Positions 16,952 to 25,864 of a stretch of DNA of 64,000 nt are shown one piece after another. The position numbers and the translations under genes were made by a program. Position 1 is the first letter of the stretch. The number at the start of each line of letters is the position of its first letter. This stretch comes from an uncultured Candidatus Poseidoniales archaeon (GTDB lineage: Archaea; Thermoplasmatota; Poseidoniia; Poseidoniales; Thalassarchaeaceae): positions 7,846-71,845 of the forward strand of contig CABXDN010000006.1 in assembly GCA_902511005.1 (NCBI GenBank). Reading direction: 5' to 3'. The notes below the pieces were generated by a model, which searched no databases, had not been told where the DNA came from, and saw only the letters and a list, made by a program, of their open reading frames with translations.

Positions 16952-16967
16952 TTTAGGGTGACCTAAA
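16952..16967. promoter_or_regulatory. palindromic operator candidate TTTAGG-GTGA-CCTAAA (site 4)
   Basis: Lies 10 nt upstream of the listed start at 16941 (31 nt upstream of the alternative ATG at 16920) of the minus-strand monolobal gene. Confidence 0.55.
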
Positions 16968-17011
16968 ACTATTAATGTTCAAGAATTTATTCAGATTTAT
17001 AAATTTATTAA

Positions 17012-17599
17012 TCAGAATCCAAATAGCCATTTTGGTTTTGCCATTTTCCATCTCCAATAAGACTCCGCTGCTTTAAAAAGTTCAACTCTATGTCTACCAA
17101 CTCTCACAAATTTAATTTCTAATTCTTGAATTTCTTTTCGCCAAAAGGCTCTCGATTCTTTGGGAAATGATTTCTCGAAACGTTCAGGTGTAGCCATAAT
17201 TTTCCAATTTTCTAATTCTGAAATTCTATTAATAATTTCATTTCTAGCCTGATCTGAAAAAATCTCTTTTATTTCTACCATTACTCTTTCTTTACGAGTT
17301 TCTAATTCAATTACTACTTCCTCGAAAGTAGGTATCGGTATATCTAAAGTTTCACCAGCATCTTTGATTTCTAAAAAAGTCATTTTTGATATTTCTATTA
17401 TTTCTCCATTTAGATTTATTAAATCATCATGAAATACAAAAACAACTCCGTCAATTGATTCTCTAATATCAAACTCCCAGTATCTGAATTTCTTTTCGTC
17501 TAAATTATCTATTGAATTCCTCAATCCTTGAACAGTATTTTCCAAATTAGTCCCTGATGCTCCTAATCTGTGACCTGAATTTTTCATAGATTTCTCCAT
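17012..17599 (-). CDS. glycerophosphodiester phosphodiesterase (GDPD)-like protein
   Basis: HRLGASG..NLENTV followed by EFDIRESIDGVVFVFHDD matches the GDPD N-terminal catalytic motifs (HR..ENT..E.D..DG..HD). Confidence 0.6.
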   Translation of the reverse strand: MEKSMKNSGHRLGASGTNLENTVQGLRNSIDNLDEKKFRYWEFDIRESIDGVVFVFHDDLINLNGEIIEISKMTFLEIKDAGETLDIPIPTFEEVVIELETRKERVMVEIKEIFSDQARNEIINRISELENWKIMATPERFEKSFPKESRAFWRKEIQELEIKFVRVGRHRVELFKAAESYWRWKMAKPKWLFGF

Positions 17600-17619
17600 T
17601 ATTTTTTTCTATTTGATTA

Positions 17620-18642
17620 TTAATTTTGATACGAAGCAACCATTGCACGAACGGCATCTTCTACAGGTATTTCGCCATCTAGTAATTTACTTAATGACGC
17701 TAAGAAAGGTATTTCAATATTTAATTTAGGAGCGATTTTTACAAACATTCTCGTCGCTCTAACACCTTCTGCAACCATATGCATTTCATCTAGAGCTTCT
17801 TCTAATGATTTTCCATAGCCCAACATTTCACCTAAAGTTCTATTTCGACTTCTTGGGCTAGTTGCAGTGACATATAGATCTCCCAATCCTGCAGGTCCGA
17901 ATGCAGTTGTAGGTTCTGCTCCCATTGCATCCAGTAGCCTAATTCCTTCACTGAATCCTGCTAGAACTAATGCGGCCTTCAGATTATCTCCTCCTATACT
18001 ATTTCTAAGACCATCAACTAGACCGCAAGCAAGTGCGACCGTATTTTTGAATGCCCCCCATAATTCTGCCCCTTCTGGGTCATCTGCTGGAGTTAGTACT
18101 AATGTATTGGTAGAAAGCCTTCCAGCGATTCTTTCTGCAATCGACCTATCATGGCAAGCCACTAGAGCAGTAGTCATCACACCTCTTGCAACCTCTGGGG
18201 CAATTGTAGGGCCGGTCATTACAACTAGCGGATTAGATTTCTTTGCATCTTCTAATCTTTTTGTGATTGCTTTAGATATTATACCTGAACCTCCTTCTTC
18301 TTCAGGGGCTAATCCTTTGGCTAAATCTATTAGTAAATGTGATGGTCGTAAATATGGAATTATTTGGTCAACGACTCCTAGAATTATGCCACTAGGGACT
18401 GCTAAGACAATAATCTCACATTCTGTAGTGATATCTTCAATTTGCATAGTAGCCTGTAATTCTGGAATTTTTGTGTGCGGTAAATATTTTTTATTGATAT
18501 TTTCAGTCATTATTGACTCATATACTTCTTGTTCAATGGTCCATCCCATTACATTATGTCCATCTTCACACCATACTTTCGCAAGTGCTGTTCCCCAATT
18601 ACCCAAACCGATTATACCTATGCGAGCCATAGTACCACCCAT
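17620..18642 (-). CDS. gpsA: NAD(P)H-dependent glycerol-3-phosphate dehydrogenase (bacterial type)
   Basis: N-terminal Rossmann IGIIGLGNWGTALA. Typical GpsA blocks include NTVALACGLVDGL, GLGDLYVTATSPRSRNR and MVAEGVRAT. The start may be the internal ATG at 18630. Confidence 0.85.
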   Translation of the reverse strand: MGGTMARIGIIGLGNWGTALAKVWCEDGHNVMGWTIEQEVYESIMTENINKKYLPHTKIPELQATMQIEDITTECEIIVLAVPSGIILGVVDQIIPYLRPSHLLIDLAKGLAPEEEGGSGIISKAITKRLEDAKKSNPLVVMTGPTIAPEVARGVMTTALVACHDRSIAERIAGRLSTNTLVLTPADDPEGAELWGAFKNTVALACGLVDGLRNSIGGDNLKAALVLAGFSEGIRLLDAMGAEPTTAFGPAGLGDLYVTATSPRSRNRTLGEMLGYGKSLEEALDEMHMVAEGVRATRMFVKIAPKLNIEIPFLASLSKLLDGEIPVEDAVRAMVASYQN

Positions 18643-18734
18643 TTCAGTCGCTTTAACTCCCCGTTAAGACCCCTTGGGTATGAGAAGACGCCATCCGTTG
18701 CATTCTTGACTCAAATGCTCTCCCGAAGAACCAA

Positions 18735-18819
18735 GCAGGGGTACCCGAGTGGTCAAAGGGGCTGGGTTTAGGTCCCAGTGCGTAGTGCTTCGCAGGTTCA
18801 AATCCTGTCCCCTGCACCA
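18735..18819 (+). tRNA. tRNA-Leu (anticodon UAG), class II with long variable arm, CCA encoded
   Basis: Hand fold gives a 7-bp acceptor GCAGGGG/CCCCTGC, anticodon stem CTGGG/CCCAG, loop TT-TAG-GT, T arm GCAGG-TTCAAAT-CCTGT, a 13-nt variable region, discriminator A and CCA. Confidence 0.9.
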
Positions 18820-18909
18820 TTTTTAAAAAATGAATTAGTTGATTTATATTATTTTATTTTCTAACTTCATACCGTTGACTTAATGTCCCTCTCCTTCTCA
18901 TGAAGTAAT

Positions 18910-21009
18910 ATGTCTGTAGAGGACGCCTCATTGGTTGAATCTAGCGTTTCGTCAGAAATAGATAATTTAGTTGAAAAAGATAGTCTCGATAGAGAGCTTG
19001 ATAGAATAAGATTGAGACGAACAGATAAAGATAGGAGATTCCCTAAAACATTTGACGATGTTGTTTTAATTTTTGGAGTAATTGCTGGAATTGTATTCTT
19101 TGGAGGGGTGACCCTGCTTTCTTCGGGGATGTTTGCTGGAGATTCAATATTAATTGATCAGACGCTGTCTAAAACTCCTCTTGATACAGGAGGTGAATGT
19201 CGTGACATGCAAGGCGAATTATGGTATCAGATTTATTCAGAGCATCTTGAAATTTTCGTTGAAACCCATAATGCTCGAGATGATAATTCTTCAGTATTAG
19301 TTGTTAGATTCACCGATTTAAATAAGTCAGATATTGGTGAAGTTCATTACCAAAGTGGTCAAGGTGATATTGATATTTCATTTATCTTAAGTGGTGAAAT
19401 TAACCCTGGTGATTATTTGCTAATTGTTAGTTTTTATCAAGGGGATCTCGATAGTGGACTTTTGGTTACTAATTCAACAACATTCTCAGAAGTCTCTGAA
19501 AAACTTAAGATGGTCGGAAATGAAAAGATAGTAGACTTAGAAGTAACAACTCATTCATCAATCTATATTTCTGATCCTGATCCTAGAGCCTGCTTCACAA
19601 TGGAGATTCTTGGTGGTTGGGGATGGATTTTGATGGCCGCTGAATGGGCAGGTGGTAGAGAAACAGCAATGCTTACTGGAGGCAGTGCGAGCGTTCCTGC
19701 ATGGTGGATGGCATTCATTTCTTTGGGCATGTCTATATTTTTCTTATGTGTTCAATATCCTTTGATGCATCGTATGTATCACCGAGACACTGATGATTTG
19801 TTGACTGATAAACAACTGCGCAGACTTATTGAAAGGACTTTACGAAAATCTGAAAATGATCAGAGAATAACGATAAAATTTGAAGAAATGAAAATGCAAG
19901 AAAGAGCGATATCAATAGATGTCATAATTCCTTACAATACAACGAATAAAACTATTGGCCAAGCAACAGATATCCGTGCTGCTTTTACAAGAGATTTATT
20001 AGAAGAATTTGCAGTTTTTGGTGAAATGAGGCCACTACAAATAAAATCTATTTCTCTTGATGGCATTAATTCTAATTCGAATCCTGAATTTATACTTTCT
20101 AATGACCTTTCCATCATTGGTTCTGAGAGAAGTATTTTATCGGAAGATTATAGCTCGTTTTTCTCCGGTCTCAGCGCAAATGGTAAATTAGAAGATAAAA
20201 CCATTCATTTACTGGATAAATGGTTTAAGAAACACAATCTAATCGACTATGGTTCCGCCATAATTGTTGATGATGAATCTATATTAATTAGGGTGATATA
20301 TACTCCTATGATGCGTTTCTCATATTTTCTTTATCGAAAGTCATTTATTGACATGCAAGAAGATTTGAATGACTATCTTAGTGAAGTACTTGCTAAGAAT
20401 CTAGGTTCTCGTGAATTGATAATTAGCGCTAGAAATGAGAAAGCGACTCTTTCAGATAGAGCACTGGCAGGAAGAGTTGAATTGGGCTCGTCACGAGTTG
20501 ATTATCTTCTATTCGAAGGGAAATCAGAAGATACAGACCTAGTGGGTGAGGCTATGGTCGCTAAACAAGCAGGATTAACCGGAGTTCTATTGCAAAATCC
20601 ATTCATGGGGGATATTCTATCATCTGTCGAATATGTTGCATACTCAAATAGATCCAGGATAGATAAATATGGGTTTTGGGGATTGATTGTATTTGTTTGG
20701 ATCCCATTCATGGCGAGTGGTGTATTGGTAGGTGCTATGTTGGGTTTGGTAGCTAGAATGCGCTTCAGAAGAGTTCTACTTGCCTGTTTAGTTGGCGGCT
20801 CAGCAGCTTCAATAACTTGGGCATACACTGCTAGAGGGATTATCGAATTCATGGAAAGGTATCATGCTCAAACATTCATTCCATTCTTAATTTTACTTGC
20901 TTTTGTCTTTACCTTTCTTCATCTTAGAAGGAATAAAAGAAGAAGAAGAGAAGAATTATTCAGGGAATCTATGGCATTTTTTGCGGCATCAAGTAATTCT
21001 AATATCTAA
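18910..21009 (+). CDS. polytopic membrane protein of unknown function
   Basis: 699 aa with several hydrophobic helices (for example VVLIFGVIAGIVFFGGVTLL and a C-terminal cluster WGLIVFVWIPFMASGVLVGAMLGLV). No catalytic motif recognised. Confidence 0.45.
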   Translation: MSVEDASLVESSVSSEIDNLVEKDSLDRELDRIRLRRTDKDRRFPKTFDDVVLIFGVIAGIVFFGGVTLLSSGMFAGDSILIDQTLSKTPLDTGGECRDMQGELWYQIYSEHLEIFVETHNARDDNSSVLVVRFTDLNKSDIGEVHYQSGQGDIDISFILSGEINPGDYLLIVSFYQGDLDSGLLVTNSTTFSEVSEKLKMVGNEKIVDLEVTTHSSIYISDPDPRACFTMEILGGWGWILMAAEWAGGRETAMLTGGSASVPAWWMAFISLGMSIFFLCVQYPLMHRMYHRDTDDLLTDKQLRRLIERTLRKSENDQRITIKFEEMKMQERAISIDVIIPYNTTNKTIGQATDIRAAFTRDLLEEFAVFGEMRPLQIKSISLDGINSNSNPEFILSNDLSIIGSERSILSEDYSSFFSGLSANGKLEDKTIHLLDKWFKKHNLIDYGSAIIVDDESILIRVIYTPMMRFSYFLYRKSFIDMQEDLNDYLSEVLAKNLGSRELIISARNEKATLSDRALAGRVELGSSRVDYLLFEGKSEDTDLVGEAMVAKQAGLTGVLLQNPFMGDILSSVEYVAYSNRSRIDKYGFWGLIVFVWIPFMASGVLVGAMLGLVARMRFRRVLLACLVGGSAASITWAYTARGIIEFMERYHAQTFIPFLILLAFVFTFLHLRRNKRRRREELFRESMAFFAASSNSNI

Positions 21010-21033
21010 ATAAAAAAGTTCGGAGGTGAAATA

Positions 21034-21732
21034 ATGAATAAATTATTGCAAATGGAAAACTTAGAACGTCACTACAAGACTCCAGCAGGTGTAGTCAAAG
21101 CCCTCGATGGCGTGAGTTTTGAGATTCATGAAGGTGAGCGTATCATCCTTCTAGGTCCGTCTGGATCAGGAAAAACTACACTCTTGAATTGTCTTTCCGC
21201 ACTTGACAGTCCTACTAGTGGAAAATATAAATTTCTTCATGTCGAAGTTCCACGTAATAATTCTGAGAAGATGACATCGTTTAGAAGGCAGAATATTGGT
21301 TACGTGTTCCAATTTTTTAATTTACTTCAGGATCTCACAGTTCTTGAAAATATATTATTGATTCAGGAATTAGCAGGTAACAAAGATTCCTCTCGTGCGA
21401 AAGAATTGTTGAAACTTGTCGGCCTAGAAGCCGAAATCAATCGTTTCCCTGGAGAGATTAGTGGCGGTCAACAACAGCGTGTTGCTATCGCTCGTAGTAT
21501 AGCAAAGAGACCAACGCTCTTACTTGGAGACGAATTGACTGGTAACTTAGATACTGAAACTTCAAACAAAGTCATGGTGGCTTTAGTAGATGCGTGTAAA
21601 AAAGAAAATATTACCTCTGTTTTTGTTACTCATGATGAAGGGCTAGTTAAGTATGCTACAAGAGTCATTCGAATTGATAGTGGTAAAATCATCTCTGATA
21701 AAAAGATAGATAGTTTACATGATGGAGTCTGA
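21034..21732 (+). CDS. ABC transporter ATPase (MacB/LolD-like)
   Basis: Walker A GPSGSGKTT, signature ISGGQQQRVAIAR, Walker B LLLGDELTGNLD, H-loop VTHD. Confidence 0.9.
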   Translation: MNKLLQMENLERHYKTPAGVVKALDGVSFEIHEGERIILLGPSGSGKTTLLNCLSALDSPTSGKYKFLHVEVPRNNSEKMTSFRRQNIGYVFQFFNLLQDLTVLENILLIQELAGNKDSSRAKELLKLVGLEAEINRFPGEISGGQQQRVAIARSIAKRPTLLLGDELTGNLDTETSNKVMVALVDACKKENITSVFVTHDEGLVKYATRVIRIDSGKIISDKKIDSLHDGV

Positions 21733-21747
21733 TTGGAGGTCTGTTCG

Positions 21748-24198
21748 ATGTCGAATCTACTGAATAAACGCTTGGCACGCAGTCTTTGGCGTACAAAAAC
21801 TCGTCTTATTGCTGTTGTCTTGATGGTGTTTGTTGGTGTTTTTGCTGGAATCACCTTTGGCGGCTATGCGCACAATCTTGGCGGCATGTATGACACAATA
21901 CAAGCTGATGATGATAGAGGGGCTAATCTTGCAGATATTTGGATTGATAATAGGAGTGTAATTTGGACGCCAGAACAAGTTAATGCTTTCTGCAACTCCT
22001 TATTCTCAAATTGGGAATCAAACACCGTAAGCTCATTCTCTCTAGATTCATGTGAGGGGCGAACCATTACTCAGGGAGCGATGTTTTACAGTAACGAAGA
22101 TGGCGAACGTATCATTAATTCTCTTTGGCATGGAATACCTGCTGACGCCAATGCTGACCGCGTATGGATGCCTGAGAGTAATTCGGAAGGCCGTACAGCA
22201 GTTGCTGCCGATGAAATTGTCATAGACGCTCACGTCACTGATGCTCTAAACCTCAGTCTTGGAGATATCGTCAGTATAGGGGCAGGAAATGCAACTGTAG
22301 ATTTTACTCTCGTAGGATTAGGTTATCATCCATTGCATGTTCTTATGGCTCCTGAAGGTTCAATATTTCCTCCTGAATCTGGTGAATACGTTGTCGGCTA
22401 TCTTTCTGATACTGGAATGGCTAGACTTACCGGTAATGCGATAGGTGCCAGCAATACGATTGTTTTGGATGTCGAAGGCACACCTTTGTATGACTTACCA
22501 GACACTCAAGAGTATGAAGGTTCAGAAATCGATGCGGTGAAGGCGCTGGTTACAACATCACTCAATGCTACCGCATTGGATGCACGAATTAGAGATCGAG
22601 GTCAAAATGAACCGGTAGAAATTATGCGACAAGATTTGGCTGGTGCCGAGAGAACCACAGTTCCTTCCACCGTGATGATTGCCTCAATTGCAGCCATTAC
22701 CATTGTTTTGAGCCTGCAGCGTTTGGTACAAAGTCAATCTAGAGAGATCGCGGTATTACGTACCCTTGGCGTCGAACGCTCATCGCTTATGATTGGCTAT
22801 CTTTTTGCTCCTTTGGCCATTGGAGGAATAGGCTGTGCTTTAGGGGCGTTGGCTGGACCTTTGGGGATGAATGTAATGTTAGATTTCTACCAAGACCTTG
22901 TTGGTCTACCAATTGTTGAGAGAACAGTTCCGTCTTCAATCTATTTTTCTGTTCTCTGTTCAACCATGTTAGTTGTTTTTCTTTCAGGAGTATTTCCTGC
23001 ATGGAAAGCGAGTCGTCTTGATCCATTAGAAGTATTAAGTGGGCAAAATGAAATGCGTGTAGGTTCTAACAAACTCCGTAAACTTACTTCATGGATGCCA
23101 ACAACACTTGGACTTTCAATCCGATCAAGTGTTCGTAAACCCATTAGACTGATGATGACGTTTGTAGCAGTTGGAATTTCTCTGATGCTTTTTGGTTCGG
23201 TTCAAATGATGGGTGCAGGGCTGCAAGAAACTATGGTTGGTAGCCTTGAGAATGATCAGATATGGGATGCCCAAGTATACATTATATCTGATGCCGAAGG
23301 ACCTGTTTTAGATTGGGCAGAAAATAACTCAGCCAATTATGAAATTATTATTGAAATGCCCCTCGGTTCAGTTACTGATTCTGAAAATATTGAGCGTTTA
23401 TTCAATATTGTAGGTCTTGATTATTTCCAAAGTGGAATGCGACCAATCTCAGTTGTTGAGGGAGATTTCCCAAATGCCAACGGAGAGTTACCTGAAGTAA
23501 TTATGGATGAAGGCAGTATGGGATTTCTAGGATGGAGTGTAGGAGAACAACAAACTGTAGGTATTAATGGCGTTCAACAGGATGTTGAAATTGTGGGAGT
23601 ATCAAGTTCTGAGCTCGCCAGAACTATGTATTTTCTACGTGGAGATTTAAGTGAAATCCTAGGTGTCAATGCAACTTCCATTTATCTTCAGCTACCAGAA
23701 GGAGTAGAGGTTAATTCCGATTTAGGTAAGGCTTCTACTGGTATCGTAGAGCGGCAAACCCTTCTCGATGGCATTAACAGTTTACTTGATCAACAAACCC
23801 AAATCTTCCAGGGCATGATGTATCTTGGACTCCTGTTCACTATAGTGGTAATGTTCAACACGATGATTATGAATGTTGCAGAACGTGATTTTGAATTGGC
23901 AACATTACGAGTATTAGGAGCTTCAACACGTAGCCTTAGTCTGATGCTTCTGTTTGAAAGTCTTCTTATTGGTGTCATCGGGGGTATTGTTGGTGTTCTG
24001 TTTGCCTATGCTGGAGCAGTGGGCTTAGCAGCATCATTTTCATCCTGGCAGTTTATAGTGCCTGTTACTATTATCCCAAGCGTCGCCTGGCAGTTGATGG
24101 CAGGAGTGGTTCTTATTGCAGTAGCAATGACTCCATTTGGAGTTTGGAGATTAAGGCGTATGGATTTGGTAGAGAAAGTAAAAGACCTATCTCAATGA
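21748..24198 (+). CDS. ABC transporter permease with two FtsX-like domains and large extracytoplasmic loops
   Basis: About 816 aa with two 4-TM FtsX-type blocks, each followed by a RLDPLEVL / RRMDLVEKV type helix. The ORF track starts at TTG 21733, but the in-frame ATG at 21748 is preferred. Confidence 0.8.
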   Translation: MSNLLNKRLARSLWRTKTRLIAVVLMVFVGVFAGITFGGYAHNLGGMYDTIQADDDRGANLADIWIDNRSVIWTPEQVNAFCNSLFSNWESNTVSSFSLDSCEGRTITQGAMFYSNEDGERIINSLWHGIPADANADRVWMPESNSEGRTAVAADEIVIDAHVTDALNLSLGDIVSIGAGNATVDFTLVGLGYHPLHVLMAPEGSIFPPESGEYVVGYLSDTGMARLTGNAIGASNTIVLDVEGTPLYDLPDTQEYEGSEIDAVKALVTTSLNATALDARIRDRGQNEPVEIMRQDLAGAERTTVPSTVMIASIAAITIVLSLQRLVQSQSREIAVLRTLGVERSSLMIGYLFAPLAIGGIGCALGALAGPLGMNVMLDFYQDLVGLPIVERTVPSSIYFSVLCSTMLVVFLSGVFPAWKASRLDPLEVLSGQNEMRVGSNKLRKLTSWMPTTLGLSIRSSVRKPIRLMMTFVAVGISLMLFGSVQMMGAGLQETMVGSLENDQIWDAQVYIISDAEGPVLDWAENNSANYEIIIEMPLGSVTDSENIERLFNIVGLDYFQSGMRPISVVEGDFPNANGELPEVIMDEGSMGFLGWSVGEQQTVGINGVQQDVEIVGVSSSELARTMYFLRGDLSEILGVNATSIYLQLPEGVEVNSDLGKASTGIVERQTLLDGINSLLDQQTQIFQGMMYLGLLFTIVVMFNTMIMNVAERDFELATLRVLGASTRSLSLMLLFESLLIGVIGGIVGVLFAYAGAVGLAASFSSWQFIVPVTIIPSVAWQLMAGVVLIAVAMTPFGVWRLRRMDLVEKVKDLSQ

Positions 24199-24205
24199 GG
24201 CGCAT

Positions 24206-24988
24206 ATGATGAGGATTGTAACTTGGAATCTAAATGGCATCAGAGCCGCGCATCGTAAAGGACTTGATGATTTTATTAATAAAATAGATAGTGATGTTTG
24301 GCTATTTCAAGAAGTAAGGGCTTTACCTGAACAGATGCCAAAAAATTGGCAACCAATAGGTGGCCATGAAATTATTTGGCACCCCGCTGAGAAAAAAGGA
24401 TATTCAGGAGTCTCAACTTGGTCAAGAGTAGGGATTTCTGAAGAAGGTCGTGGCATATCTACGAATGTTGATATCAATGACTCTGAAGGACGTGTTCTTC
24501 ATACAAAACATGGAAATCTTCATTGTATCAATATTTATCTTCCAAATGGCGGAGCGAATATTGATAGACAGAAATTTAAAGATCAATGGTTAGAAGATTT
24601 ATTAATTTGGTCTAAAAAATTTATACAATTAGATGAACCGGTTTTGCTTTGTGGCGATCTTAATATAGCGCATACAGAAAATGATATTTGGAATCCTTCT
24701 GGCAATCGAAATACATCTGGTTTTCTTATTCATGAGCGAGAATGGTTTAGTAGATTCCTTTCCTTAGGTTGGCATGACTTACTTAGGAGAGAAGTTGGTG
24801 ATATTAAGGGACCATATTCTTGGTGGTCTAATAGGGGCCAGGCTAGAGCTTTGAATAGAGGATGGAGGATTGATTATGCTCTTGCTAATGAAGCAGCGTT
24901 AAAGATTTTCAGATCTGCTAAAGTTTTGAGAGAAGGAGGTCTTGTAGTCTCTGATCATGCGCCTCTTATCGTAGATTTGGATATTTAA
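24206..24988 (+). CDS. xth: exodeoxyribonuclease III / AP endonuclease
   Basis: VTWNLNGIRA, LFQEVR, GDLNIAH, RIDYAL and SDHAPL motifs of the ExoIII/APE1 family. Confidence 0.88.
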   Translation: MMRIVTWNLNGIRAAHRKGLDDFINKIDSDVWLFQEVRALPEQMPKNWQPIGGHEIIWHPAEKKGYSGVSTWSRVGISEEGRGISTNVDINDSEGRVLHTKHGNLHCINIYLPNGGANIDRQKFKDQWLEDLLIWSKKFIQLDEPVLLCGDLNIAHTENDIWNPSGNRNTSGFLIHEREWFSRFLSLGWHDLLRREVGDIKGPYSWWSNRGQARALNRGWRIDYALANEAALKIFRSAKVLREGGLVVSDHAPLIVDLDI

Positions 24989-25062
24989 GGCATATTTTTT
25001 GTGTGAATTGTCTGTTATTTCTATACGATACCTTTCAAGAGTAAGATAGCAGGCGGTAATTC

Positions 25063-25860
25063 ATGAGAGAAGGGCTTGTAGACCGTCTTGCTCGAATTCT
25101 TCCAGGTGGTAAAGGCGTATGGGTGCCTATGGATCATGGTATCTCAGGATATCCTGAGAAAGGTCTAGAACGAATGGATGAAGTAATATCATCTTGTATC
25201 TCTGGTGGTGCAGATGCTATAGTTTTACAGAAAGGCACTCTGAGCCATTTTGTTGAGACAACAGGATGGAGTAATTTCATTTGTCATGTATCAGTTTCTA
25301 CCGTGAACGCAGGTTCGAGAGACCAGTATAAAGTAAAAGTGGCAAATGCAGAAGAATGTCTGATTCGAGGTGCTAACGGTGTTTCTGCTCAGATAAATCT
25401 TGGTGATAAGAATGAGCCAGAGATGATTGAAGATATGGGGATGTTGACAAGTGAGGCTTTACCCCTAGGGCTCCCTACATTAGGGATGATATATCCAAGA
25501 GGTCCCAATCTGAAGATTGCTGAAGATGATACTACTAGAGGTGCAGCGCATGCAGCAAGAGTTGCCTGGGAATTGGGATGTGATGTAGTCAAGGTTCCTT
25601 GGACAGGAGACATTGATTCATTCAAATTAGTATGTCAAGCAGTCCCTATACCAGTTCTTATTTCAGGTGGGCCAAGAGGGATTTCATTTATTGATTTATT
25701 AGAAATCGTAGAATCCGCAATTTTGGCAGGTGGCTCAGGTGTTTGTATTGGTCGTCAAGTATTTGGTTCAGGGAATCCCGAATCTTGTATTCGTGCTCTT
25801 AGGGCAATAGTTCATGATGGCTTAACTGCTAATGAAGCTTCAAAGTTAATCGAAAGGTGA
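25063..25860 (+). CDS. aroA': 2-amino-3,7-dideoxy-D-threo-hept-6-ulosonate (ADH) synthase, archaeal shikimate pathway step 1
   Basis: Class I aldolase (DhnA-type) with PMDHGISG and GCDVVKVPWTGD (Schiff-base Lys context). It sits directly upstream of DHQ synthase II. Confidence 0.8.
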   Translation: MREGLVDRLARILPGGKGVWVPMDHGISGYPEKGLERMDEVISSCISGGADAIVLQKGTLSHFVETTGWSNFICHVSVSTVNAGSRDQYKVKVANAEECLIRGANGVSAQINLGDKNEPEMIEDMGMLTSEALPLGLPTLGMIYPRGPNLKIAEDDTTRGAAHAARVAWELGCDVVKVPWTGDIDSFKLVCQAVPIPVLISGGPRGISFIDLLEIVESAILAGGSGVCIGRQVFGSGNPESCIRALRAIVHDGLTANEASKLIER

Positions 25861-25864
25861 GTCT

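Noticed and set aside
17867-18667. 266-aa ORF on the + strand
   Set aside because: It is entirely antisense to the well-supported gpsA gene. The product is low-complexity (Pro/Ser/Ala-rich) with no motifs, which is typical of a shadow ORF.
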